Source of the DNA: the human T2T-CHM13v2.0 reference genome, Homo sapiens
DNA: 64,000 nucleotides
Assembly (NCBI RefSeq): GCF_009914755.1
Contig: NC_060936.1
Strand: one strand, 5' to 3'
Within the stretch, counting starts at the first letter, position 1. Each line of letters starts with the position of its first letter. A program made the position numbers and the translations under genes. Shown here in pieces: positions 41,298-53,920 of the stretch. Under the pieces are notes generated by a model. The model did not search any database, was not told the DNA's origin, and worked only from the letters and a program-made list of their open reading frames with translations.

Positions 41298-43320
41298 TTT
41301 ATTGATATGTGCTGCTGTTTTCTCTGGAAGCCTCTTTAGGGAATCGAGGAGCGCACTGGTGCAGGGGCTGGGTGGAGCCATCCTCCGATGGAGCACAGGC
41401 AGACGGAAGCCCCCACCCCAGCTGCGTGGCCTCAAGCCAGCCTCCCGCTCCCCGAAGGTGGTCTCCACACAGACCTGGGACAGTTTCATCCCCGCCCCTT
41501 CCAGGGCAGCAGGGCTGAGGATCCCATTCTGGCTGTGTCCACGTCCGGGCCATGGCTAGAGTCTGGGTTTAGGGGAGGAAGGCATGGCGGCGCCCGCTAG
41601 GATTTCCAGTTGTCCTCTTCTTCCTCTGCCTGTGGCTGCTGGGGGTTAGCAGAGACGGTTTGTTGTCTGACATACGGGCTCTCTCCTCCCGGCCCCTCAC
41701 CAGCCCCAGAGGTGAAAAGGCTGGAGGGGAAAGGGTGAGTGAGGGAGGTCTGTGGGGAGCACTGGTTTCCCCAGGCCCCAGAGACTTAAACACAGGAAGA
41801 AAAAGGCAAGAGAGAATTAACGATGCCACAGCCCATGGCAGACAGCGGCCCTGCCTCCTACCCTTGCGTCTCAGGACCAGCTTGTTGAAGAGATCCCACA
41901 TCAGTTCCCTGCCTTGGCTTACGGCTCTCACTGCAATAGGAAAGCCACGGAGTGGGGTGTGGGGTTCAGTCACATTTGACCCCCGGCTCCGTGTTCCTGT
42001 CCCCTGTAGTGTTTTTGTTATTAGACCCTTTTTTCTCCTTGGTTTAGGAATGGGGGCCCCAGGGCCACCCTTGTCCAGGCTCCCTCTACCGTAGAGGTGA
42101 GAATTCCAGGGAGCTACAATTTGAAAACCACTATTTTATGAGCCAAGTAGAACAAGAAATGACAACTATTAAAAAAAATAAGGGATTTCTGACCAGCTAA
42201 CAACCCCACAGAAAATCCGCCAGGGATCCAGAAATGAGACTGAGGTGGCCTCAGAGAGCTCCCTCCTGAAGGGGATGCTGCTGCTGTCGTCCTGCCCGGC
42301 GCCTTGGACTGCAGTGGCCGGGGCCTGGGGTGGGGATGAGGGTGCACTGACCAGCACCGCAGCAGCTGGGGGAGGTTGGGGTGCTGTTAACGTGCCATCT
42401 TATAGGTAGGAAGTGGAAATGGGAGAAAGTGTGGGGTGCCTAGGGAAGGAGGTGACTGAGCAGGGAGCCTGGCTGCCATCCTAACACCCAGCTCACTGGG
42501 CTTGAGCGACTTGAGCCTGGTGCCAGGGCAGAGTGGGTGATGCTGGGGCCCAGGCTGGCACCATACTTGAGGTCTGCCAGGCAGGTCAGGTAGGATGGCA
42601 CATCGACCTTGGGGGACTTGGCCCAGGTCTGGCATGTAGAAGTAGTTCTCTGGGACCCATGGGATTAGGTGGGGACATGTGAGAGGTGACAGGGACCTGC
42701 AGGAGCAGCTAGCGAGACCTCATGTGCACCCTGCACAGCTGTGGTGGCATAAGGGATTCAATAGAGCCTCTCCTAGAGAGGAGCCTGGCAGGGCCCCCAG
42801 CCCTTGCACCTGCCCCTCCCTCTCCACCTTCTGCTCCAGCTGCTCTCTCACTGATGGACAAGGGGCACTGAACAGTTTATCTGTCTCTACCCCCAGCATC
42901 ACATGGGTCTTTGTTACAGCACCAGCCAGTCCGTCTGGGAAGACAGACTTCTTGTATCTACAGGGGCGACGTGGAGGTCAGGCAAGCCGGCACCTGCTGT
43001 CCTGGGACCATGTTCCTGACCTACCTCTCCCATGTCATCAGGGACACTGCACTGAGGGGTCCCAGGCCACTGAGCCAAGCCACCCTGGTCACCTTCTGGC
43101 TCCCACCTCTGTGCTGCACCTGAGTGTGATGCCCTAGGACCCCATTAAGTCAGGCTGAGTCTTGCACCCACACCCTGCGACTCCATTTTCTGCTACACAG
43201 GATCTCTCTGATGTTGACGAGCAGCATGGAGACCTGGGGAGACCCCCCAAGCGCCTCCTCCATGTCATCCTTGGGCTCCAGCTTGGCGCTCACACACACA
43301 GGAAAGGACTTCAGCTTCTC
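41298..43320 (-). pseudogene. Unprocessed WASH/WASHC1 pseudogene remnant (3' exons), convergent with DDX11
   Basis: Six exon remnants on the - strand: 43199-43320 EKLKSFPVCVSAKLEPKDDMEEALGG; 42828-42957 [29 protein letters not shown]; ~42497-42656 VPENYFYMPDLGQVP; ~42266-42407 Pro-rich L*DGTLTAPQPPPAAAVLVSAP...QDDSSS; 41862-41930 RAVSQGRELMWDLFNKLVLRRK; 41597-41720 ...PQQPQAEEEEDNWKS*. Minus-strand AATAAA at 41298-41303. Contains stops and frameshifts. Confidence 0.85.
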
Positions 43321-43380
43321 CTGGGAGGGCTGGGTGGCTGAGGGGTGGTGGATTTCGGAGTTGGACTAGCAGCTGGCCTA

Positions 43381-43857
<477 letters not shown>

Positions 43858-44723
43858 TTATGCAGGCAGCTGATCCAGTGCTGTGTAACCTTGGGGGCCA
43901 CCAGATGCCAATCAATCAGTAGAATGGGAGAGAAGGATGGAGGAAGTGAGGACAAGGGGCAAGGAGGAAGGTCTGTCCACCTGTCTCTTCTGTGCAGGAG
44001 GTGTCCAAGCAGGAGGAGCACGTCACATCCCCACTGAAAAAGCCCACAGAAAATGAAAAGCCCACATGCTTGTCCATTGCTGCAGGATGGGGGCAAGTGG
44101 AGGGGGAGAGGTGTCGGCGCTCCCACCTTACTCCCAGTCATGGCTGACTCCTCCCTTTCCTTCGTTCTTGTTCCTAATCTGTCACCATGTCCTGTCGTTT
44201 TCTTTGTCTCACCCAACCCTCTCTGCCTGAAAATCCCCTGACGGCAGCCTCATCCCTGTCACCTCCTGACTGTAGTTGGTGACAGAAGAGGAGGCTGCAC
44301 TAGTGAAGGAGCAGGGACTCCAGGTCTGGCAACAACCAGGGATGGGGCCGGGTGGGGGTGACTTGGACCAGGAGAGGGGCCTGAGTCAGGCAGTCACATA
44401 CTTCATGCTGGGGTCCCCCAAGTGAAGCACATTTAGCAAGATCTGAAATACAGGGAAACAGTCTTGTTTCTTCAATAAATAAATTGCAAAGGAGAAACAA
44501 TTGATGAAAGGAGAAACCTATAGATCCAGAAATACTAACAGGCAAATCAAACAATCATAAGGAGAGACTTTATTTGGATTTTGATTCAAACAAACTAACA
44601 AAAAAATGAAATTACTGGAAATTTGGAGACAGTAGGGTAGTTGGTAGTATTAAAGAATAGTAGTGTGCGATGGTTGGTATGATAATGGTATTGCAATTTT
44701 GCTTTTTTTTTAAAAGAGTTCTT

Positions 44724-44843
44724 GGCTGGGCACAGTGGCTCATGCCTGTAATCCCAGCATTTTGGGATGCTAAGGCGGGAGGCTCATTTGAGGCCAGGAG
44801 TTCATGACCAGCTTAGCCAACATGGCAAAACCCCATTTCTACT

Positions 44844-44874
<31 letters not shown>

Positions 44875-45026
44875 AAATTAGCCTGATGTGGTGGCACACA
44901 CCTGTAATCCCAGCTACTCATGCAGCTGAAGTAGGAGAATCACTTGAACCCAGGAGGCGGACGTTGCAGTGAACTGAGATTCCGCCACTGCATTCCAGCA
45001 TGGATGACAGAGCAAGACTCTGTCTC

Positions 45027-45056
<30 letters not shown>
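44724..45056 (+). mobile_element. Alu with (TAAA)n tail
   Basis: Alu dimer; TSD-like agttctt. Confidence 0.88.
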
Positions 45057-45058
<2 letters not shown>

Positions 45059-45129
45059 TAAGTTCTTATCACTGGGTATGGTGTCTCATGCCTATAATCC
45101 CAGCACATTTGGGAAGCACAATTTGGGAA

Positions 45130-45376
45130 GAATTGAAGTCTTTATTAAGTATTTCTACCCATGGATCCATGTATTTCTTCATTGATTTAGGTCTTCTGTG
45201 ATTTTGTTTACAGCATTTTGTACATTTTCAGCATACAGATCTTATATAGACTTAATCATTTTTTCAGAGATAGTACAAATGCAATTATTTTAAAATGTTG
45301 ATTTTCTGTTAGTTATTGTTAGTATATACAAATGAAATTGAGTTTTGTATTTTGAACTTGTGCTACTTCTGGAATG

Positions 45377-45427
<51 letters not shown>

Positions 45428-46075
45428 AGTCCTTGGAATACACCATAACCAAGTGGGTTTTTCCTGGGAATGCAAGACTGCTTCAATACTTGAAGATCAG
45501 TCAATGTAATCTGCCATAGTAATAATCTAACAAGAAAATCAACATGATCACATCAATTGATATAGAAAAAAAATTTACAGAATTCAACATATTTTCCTAT
45601 TACAGATTTTCTGCAAACTAGGAATAGAAGCAAGCTTCTTAACCTGATGTATGGCACCTTCAAAAAGCCTACAGCAAACATCTTACTTAGTGATGAAAAC
45701 CTGATTGCCTTCCCCATAAGATTTGAGAACCAGGCAAGGATGTTTACTCTCATCATCACTCCTATCCAACATGGTACTGGAAGTCCTAGCCAATACAATA
45801 AGGGAAGAAAATGACACAAAATAAAGGTAGTAAGATTAGAAAGAAAGAAATTGTCTCTATTCACAAACAAGGTGATTTCTTTTCCTTTTTCTTCTTTTTT
45901 TTTTTTAAGAGACAGGGTCCTTCTCTGTCACCCAGGCTTAAGTGCGATCATGGCTCATTGTATCCTCAAACTCCTGGGCACACACAAACAGTCCTCCTGC
46001 CTCAGCCTCCCAAGTAGCTAGGACTACCGGTGCATGCTGCCAAGCCCAGATAATTTTTTTTATTTTTTGGAGACA
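45130..46075. mobile_element. Old L1 fragments in opposite orientations separated by (TG)n (45375-45424), followed by an Alu fragment
   Basis: L1 ORF2-like sense sequence from ~45445 (accaagtgggtttttcctgggaatgcaag...gtactggaagtcctagcc) and antisense L1 before the microsatellite. Confidence 0.6.
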
Positions 46076-46924
46076 CAGGTAGTCTCATTCTGGTTTCAGC
46101 TCTGGAAGGGGTGAAGAACAAGTCCCCAGAGCCCATCCTGTCCCTCGTGGATGACATACTGAGGGCTCAGGAAGACTCTCCCTCACAGCCTGCCCCAGTT
46201 TCCAGGCTGAGCCACCTGAGCAGCTGCTTCAGAAAGCCTCTTGTGCCATAGCCATGCTTAGGAAAAAGCATATCTTCCATTCAATTCACCAAGAAACACC
46301 AAGAAATAACTGGATACAAAGAATAAAAAATACTCTGCCACACTGGCAGGGCAGGAGGGTGAAAATTGTGCCCCCTCCAAAGGTAATGTCTATAAAAGGA
46401 TAACTAAGGCCAGCGCCAAAGTCCACCTACAGAAGGCGGGTCTGTCTCAACCCCAGCTGTCAGTCACTGTGAACTTTTAGAACTGGGGCTGAAGCTTCTT
46501 CCAGTTGCTTGCTCAGATGTCAGTGAGACCGCTCCACAACAGATAAGGGGAGCTGTGTGTCAGGGAAGTCCCAGCCACTAGCACAAGCTGCACTCCAGGC
46601 AGACGTTTCTGTTCTTGTGCAAAGAACAGCGCAATCCATTCAAGTTCACAGGGGCGGGTGGCACTTGAAAATGTCAGGGTCAACTTGCAGGGCAGAAGTT
46701 AGCAGGGAAGTAAGTCTTCCTGGGGGAGTGGGAGAGCCCAGCAGAGTTTAGGAGGAGGGAGGGGCAACATCGGGGCAATCCTCTGAGTCTCTCTTTCCTC
46801 CTCAGGAACTGTCCAGGAAGACCCTGCAGTCTCTCTGCAGGCTCATGGGAGCTCCCAGAACTGAGACAACACACAGATCCAGGCCTGCTTCGAAGTCAGT
46901 GGGATGCGGCCCTTGAAAGTCGAT

Positions 46925-47180
46925 GTATTGGGTTCCTAGGGCTCTTGTGAAAACATGCCACACCTGGCTGGTTTTAAACAACAGGAGTTTATTCTGTCAG
47001 TTGAGAAGGCTAGAAGTGCAAAATCAAGGTATTGACGGGATGAGTTCCAACTAGAGGCTGTGAGGCAGATCAACTCCATGGCTCTCTCCTGGCTTCTGCT
47101 GGTTTCTGGCAACCATTCACTTCCCATGCCTGGTAGACACATCACTCTAACCTCTGCCTCCCTTTTTCACGGGCACATTC

Positions 47181-47224
<44 letters not shown>

Positions 47225-47370
47225 ATGTGTGTGTTAAGGACAGCAATCATTAGACTAGGTGGGGCCCACTCTAATCCACTGTGAGCTTCTCTTACTTTGG
47301 TAACATATGCAAAGACCCAATTTCCAAACAAGGTCACATTCCATGTTCTGGGACTGTCTTCTGTGAGATG
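46925..47370. mobile_element. MLT1 LTR with internal (TG)n at 47183-47233
   Basis: tgtattgggttcctagggc...ggttttaaacaacaggagtttattc...aaagacccaatttccaaacaaggtcacattc. Confidence 0.6.
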
Positions 47371-49859
47371 TCTCCCCCAGGATCCTTCCAGGTGGAAGGA
47401 TGCCCTTTGACCTGCAAAGCCAGGCAGAAAACCAGGATCAGGGCAGGACAAGAGGATGCTAGCCTGTGATGGCTCCCACTCAGGTGGGATGTGAGAAGTG
47501 CCTGTGGCCTGGGACACACCAACTTGCTCCCAATACCTCATCTGAGATGGATTGCACAGTGTATGTCCAGGGCCCATCCCGGCACACTGTGCCTTTGCAA
47601 TGCTGTCTCTGCGCTTTGGAAATTGACTCAGCCCACTGCGTGGGGTGGTCTGAGGCGGGCCACAACCATTTCTTAACCATCCCTGAGTACCTGACCAGTA
47701 TCCCCCGGGGGTGACAACTGGCTACATCTGGAGCATGAGGAGCGTGTTTACCTGGTGAGTAAGGATGCAAGCATAGGACGTCCTGGCCGATCCTCTGCAC
47801 AAGCAATGCCTTTGCTCCAACGGGATGGGCAACGTTGGATTAGGCCTGAGGCAGATTTGATCTTGGAAGATACATTCAAGTCTACGTGTTTTGTGCGTTT
47901 ATTTTCGTTTCCTTGAATTAACATGGAGTCCATTTCAACTTTCACTTAGTCTCCTTCTTTCTCTTCCCCCACTTCTCTCTCTCTCTTTCTTTGTATATGG
48001 AAGAATTTAACTCTGTGTTCCATAATGTCTAAATACTCAAATTTAGAGTTGACAGCCATACAGCAAATTATTCAAGTTGCTGTCAAAAAAAAATCCCTGC
48101 GTTTTCTAGGATTAAAACTGTGAATAGAGTACTGGAAGAAAAAAAAGTCATAGACTCAGATGCAAAATGACAACATTTAATGGGATGATAAGGAAATAAG
48201 ACTTGTCAAGAAACCATAGCCCACTGCAGACTGTTCACGATGTCAGATGGTTCATGATTTTTTTCCAGGTTTGATACAGAAGAATCAGTTTGTTAAAAGA
48301 AATGCTTCTCCACCTGGGATTTAAAACATCATTTAAACAATAAACACATTTGTATGTATATATAAATAGATATTTAGAAATAAAAACATGCATATATAGG
48401 CACATAGACATGTATATACATATACACACATATGTACAAATATATATGCCTAAATTTTTACTGACCTGTCAACTTACAAAACAAAAATGAGAGATTTATA
48501 AAAGGTACATATATAGCTGTGAATTCTTTAAAGCTATTTTTAAAGAAATTAATATAATCTTAATGATTATCAGATTACTCATGCAGTACACAGCTACACA
48601 AGTCTAATGAAGTACCAGAGACTTTTCTTTCTTCAACTATTGTCCTATCTTATTCAGGTTTTCATTTTCTTACTAGATGTGTTTTCAATGGTTTATGACG
48701 TAATAAAATTTCTTTACTTCTTCCAGTAATTGCTTTGTCTCACTCGGAAACTGAACTACTGTTGATGTGGTAAAAAGCTAGGGCATATTCTTCTGAAAAA
48801 ATAAAGGGAACATGTATTTTTATTAAATAGATGATATAAGCACATTAGATCTAATCCTTCCAATAATTTTGAAATAGAGACAATTACTTTCCCATTTTAT
48901 ACATTATGCAGAAATATGCTAATAATATTTAAGACACTTGATGAAATATATTCTATTAGTAAATGATAGAGACAGAATTCAAACACTCCACAAACTTCAC
49001 ACAGCATTCAACAAGAAATAAATAGTACCAACCTTCCAGGGAACAGTTGTATGGTCTCTACAACATTTTAGTATATGTTTTAGAAATTAATCTATCAAAT
49101 TTTTAAGTTAACATTTCAGAATATTCCCCACTCCTCTTTTTAAGTCAAAGTCCACAGAAGTAGCTTGGAACAGTCAGTCTTAGCATGAACAACAATGACA
49201 ATAACAAAAAGACCTGGAAGCTTAGTGTGGCTTGTATTTCAAGTTCAAGTGGAGCCCTGTCAGGTTATATTGCAAGGATTCTGGTGTTGAAAAACTCTGG
49301 TAACTGGAAAATGGGTTCAGTCAGAAGACACATCATGGGATAAAGAAACCAGAACACAAAGTAATGCCATTTATTGTTTACTCTGTGAAGACAGAGGTTG
49401 ATTTTGGAAAGTTTAGTAGCTCAGGGAATGTTAGATATAAACACCACATTCAATAACCTTAGGGCATGGCTGTTGCTTGCCTACCTTTTTCGTACTAATC
49501 GTAGACCATGCCTGGGGCTGGCTGAATGTTGAACACAAGGTTGCTCTGCTCAGCAGAAAAAGTGAAACTGTCTGCTCGACCAAAAACCTATCATGACACA
49601 AATTATAATTACATTGTAGCAGGTCTGAGAAAAGATAATCACTGAGAAAATTATCCGCAGAAGTTTATGATCTACATAATTAAATAGATCTAGGGTATGA
49701 TTAACTTACATATTGGCAAAATAATGAGTTGTTAACCTTAAATCATATAAAATTTCAAGTTCCTTTGCTTACATTGAGGTGAGAGGAATTTAGCTGGAAG
49801 TCTCAGAGGAATGTAGGCATTTATGTGAGTGGTAACAATACACATAGAAAGGATGTCTC

Positions 49860-50580
49860 TAAAGCGCATGCCATAGTTTGGCATTTCCTCAGTAAAATAA
49901 AAATAGAACTACCCTATGATCCAGCAATCCCATTTCTGGGTATGCATCCAAAGAAAATGAGATGAATATTTTGAAGAGACAGCTGCAGTCCCATGCTAAT
50001 TCTTTCATTAATCACAATAGCCAACATAAGGAATCAACCTAAGCGTTCGAAACAGATGAATGGATAATGAAACTGAGGCATATACACATACAAATTATTC
50101 GGCCTTAAAAGAAGAAAGAATTTCTGCCATTTGTAACAACACTGAAGAACTTGGAGGACATTATGTGGAATGAAACAAACCAGATACACACAAAAAACAC
50201 TGCAGGATCTCACCTGTAAGTTAAATCTAAAGTTGAGTTCATAGATGCAGACAGTAGAATGGCAGTTATCAGGGATGGGAAAATGGGGAGATGCTGGTCA
50301 AAGGATAGAAAGCTTCAGCTGTGCAGGATGAATACATTCTACAAATCTCAGGTACAGCGGTGGCCTACAGTTAACAATGCTGTACTGTATATGTAATATT
50401 CCCTAAGGGAGTAGATCTTAAGTGCTTTGTCACAAAAAAAGAAGAGGTAACTGTGTGAAGAGAGGGATGTGTTAGCCAGCTAATTCACATATAGTCACGC
50501 TAGATGATAACAATCAGCTCACTATATATATCAAAACATCACACCACATACCTTCAATACACAATTGTAATTTCAAAAAA
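49860..50580 (+). mobile_element. L1M 3' end fragment
   Basis: atagaactaccctatgatccagcaatcccatttctggg...caacctaagcg...acagatgaatggata. Confidence 0.7.
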
Positions 50581-51926
50581 TTATGGCAAACTTTGTAAGA
50601 CTTTAGTCAAATTATAAAATAATTACATATCTACTCTGTGACCAGACTGTGTTTGATAGGGAGATGATGTTTCTAAAATGGAAAGCTATCTAGTCACATA
50701 GCCAGGGCATATATGAAATAGCCTTGGAACTAGCAAGGAGAAGATGATCAGTGGGATAAAACACTGGTAATCCTTAACGTCCCTTATTTTTTCCTTTTAC
50801 AAATCCTATCATACATATCTATAAGAAATTGAAGCATCCAATTATCCTTGGAAGGAAAAAAGAAAAACTTTAAAGAAAAAAAAATATGGCTAAACTTACA
50901 TTTTCCAAGTAGAAAAGAACATGGTCATTCTTGACTTCAGTCTTCATCACTTGGCCCTTGTTTTCAAGCTTTGAAGAAATTGTTAGGGAAGGATAGAGAA
51001 TAGATATTAGAACAAATGACAGCGCCACTGCAGAACTGAATGTCCACTCTTTTCTACGTCACGTTCTGTTTTATGGAACATTCCTTGGTGCCATGATGTT
51101 TTCATAAACACAGGTAGCAACTAAAGAAAAACATATGATGAACCATGGGAAATACTGACTGCTAATTGGTACAAATGAAGTACACCAGCTCTCCAGTGTT
51201 AGCGCAAAAATACAAAGGTGAATGTTGAAGAAGAATTCTATAGTTTTGTTTTGCTAAACTACGGCTAAACAAGTATTTATTTTATCTTTATACTCTATGT
51301 AGCTGTCTTTGTGATGAAAGATTAGGCTTCTATTATTTACCTCTTCAATGGATGACATGGTTGGAGTAAATCCTGATAGCATTTTTACATCTATAACCAC
51401 CATACTGGATTTATTGCGAATTCCAGTGTATCTGAAAATTTTAAGAAAACACTCGTTTAGATATCAATTTTAAAAAGTGACTTATCTCATAATGAGAGTG
51501 CCAGGTGGATAAATACTAATTGGCTAGAAATCTGGAGGACAGGTAAAAGCTGAAGAGAAAATATCGGAAGAAAGTCATTTTCAAGCATCTGTGAATAGGC
51601 ACAACCAGAATGATAATGAAAGAGATGATACATAGCAACAGAAATTGGAGCAAATAATGAATTATCTGGACATGAAATCTTCCCCAAACCCTGCTTTTAA
51701 GCTTACCTGCAGTCTCAAAGTTTGAACTGATAAACAGAGCTTCTAAATCTTTTACATATACTTAGGTTAGTGTTAGAGTTGCGTAACACTTAGAGGACAT
51801 CTTTGCTTAAAAGGTGGTATATGAGCATAATTATAGAGTAGATGTGTCCCCAGGAGAACTTCTAGCTCAGTTTCCTGCTTCTGGATAAGACTATTGGGGT
51901 ATGAAGTTAAGAGTTCCATAGTTCAT

Positions 51927-52250
51927 CAGGGCGTGGTTGCTCACACCTGTAATCCCAGCACTTCTGGAGGCCAAGGTGGGTGGATCACTTGAGGGTCAGA
52001 GTTCAAGACCAGCCTGGCCAATATGGCAAAACTCTGACTCTACTAAAAATAGAAAAATTAGCCAGATGTGGTGGTGCACGCCTCTAATCCCAGCTACTCA
52101 GGAGGCTGAGCCGTAAGAATCCTTTGAACCCAGGAGCTGGAAGTTGCAGTGAGCTGAGATTGTGCCACTGTGCCACTGTACTGCAGCCTGGGTGACAAAG
52201 TAAGACTCTGTCTCAAAAAAAAAAAAAAAAAAAAAAAACCAAAAAAGAAA
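51927..52250 (+). mobile_element. AluS
   Basis: Alu dimer with poly-A tail; TSD aagagttcc. Confidence 0.88.
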
Positions 52251-53920
52251 AAGAGTTCCCCAATTCATTGAGTTCTTAGCCCTGGAGCTCAAGCGATTTT
52301 TATTTAGAAATTCTAAAAAATATCTCCCAAACTAATTTTACTCAATGTTTTCCACATATTAACTAAGGCTAAAAGCCTTTAGCATCTATAAATCATGCTT
52401 GAATTCAAGAGGATCATTTCGTTTTTCTATTCTGAAAAGTAAAAATCTAAAATGTTACTCTTTACAGTTACAAAATAAACATTTGTGGGCTTGCTACTAT
52501 ATGACCATGCATGCTTGTCTTGAGAAAGAAATATAGAATCTCTGTTTTTCAAAACTAGGAGTACTTCCATACAACAGAATAAAAAGTATCATTGAAACAT
52601 CAGTGCAGTGAAAGCTTTCAAATCCTGCTCACATAGACTGCATGTTTTCTTGCCTCATTTTAGCTCTGATTTAGCTGAAGATGTACTAAATTGTGGTGTC
52701 CGGACAGACGGCTAAAAAGTGACTGTGCTGTAGAATTGTCACCACCAACATGAGAACTCATTACCATGATTTATATTTTGTTATTTCACTACTGTTTGAA
52801 CTTTTAAAATATTTTACCATCTTGTTCACGTGGGAGTTACTGTCAAAATATGACACTTACTTGAGGTTCACTGTGAGGTCAAAAACAGTCAAAGAGTAGT
52901 TCTTTACTATTTCCAAGGAAAGAGAAAATCCAGATGCCTTCTTAGGTAGGAGAACATTGTACTTAAGGGTGGCCTAGAAAGGATAGCAAATTATAAGAAA
53001 ACCCATCCTGTATTAAGAATTATACAGTCTGACTATAGTCAGTAGTAATGTGATTTTACATTTTAAAATAACTAAGAGTATACTTCGATCATTTGTAACA
53101 CAATGGATAAATGCTTGAGGTGATGCATACCCCACTTGCCCTGATGTGATTCTTACACATTGCATGCCTGTATCATGCACCCGGTAAATATTTACACCTA
53201 CTATGTACCCACAAAAATTAAAAATAAAACATTTTTAAAAAGAAAGAACCTATTGTTTATTTCTATTACTAATGCAGTTTACATCTTTATCATCAGGGAA
53301 TCAGGTTAAATTCTTTAGTTTTCAGAATAACGTAATTTAATGAAGATAGAATACTTTCTAATAGCAATATTCCTCAAACTTCTCTTAGACAGCTGAGTAG
53401 CTTTTCATAAAGTAACTTGCAATTTTGGCTATTGATCATGTAAATACACAAAACGGTCAAATAACACTTCACGTAGAACTGAACAGACAGTCTGACTCTT
53501 TTACTGGCAAACACTCATCACCCTCTTAGGCAGATTTCTGTAACCTGGATAAATGTACAACCGCGTCCTTCCACATCTACTGTGTATTGTCCAGGTGCCT
53601 GTGTTACTTCTGAACGTTGGACCAGTAGGCGGTTATGACCGTTAAACTGGATCTCACTGGATCCTTCACTGCTAAAGGTGACAGTGTTTTGATTCTTAGA
53701 GAAGAGCCCCTCTTCCCCGCCTGGCTCTTAGGATCCCCATTGCAGGGCGGGGAGGCACCCACCGCGAGGGGGAGACTGAGAGCCAGTCCCTCCCACCCCC
53801 GGCTCTTAGGACTCGCATCGCAAGCGGGGGAGGCACGCCACGCGAGGCGGGGACTGAGAGCCAGCCCCCCTTCCCCCCGGGCTTAGGACCCCCATCGCGG
53901 TTCCTAAGATCCTTAGGACC

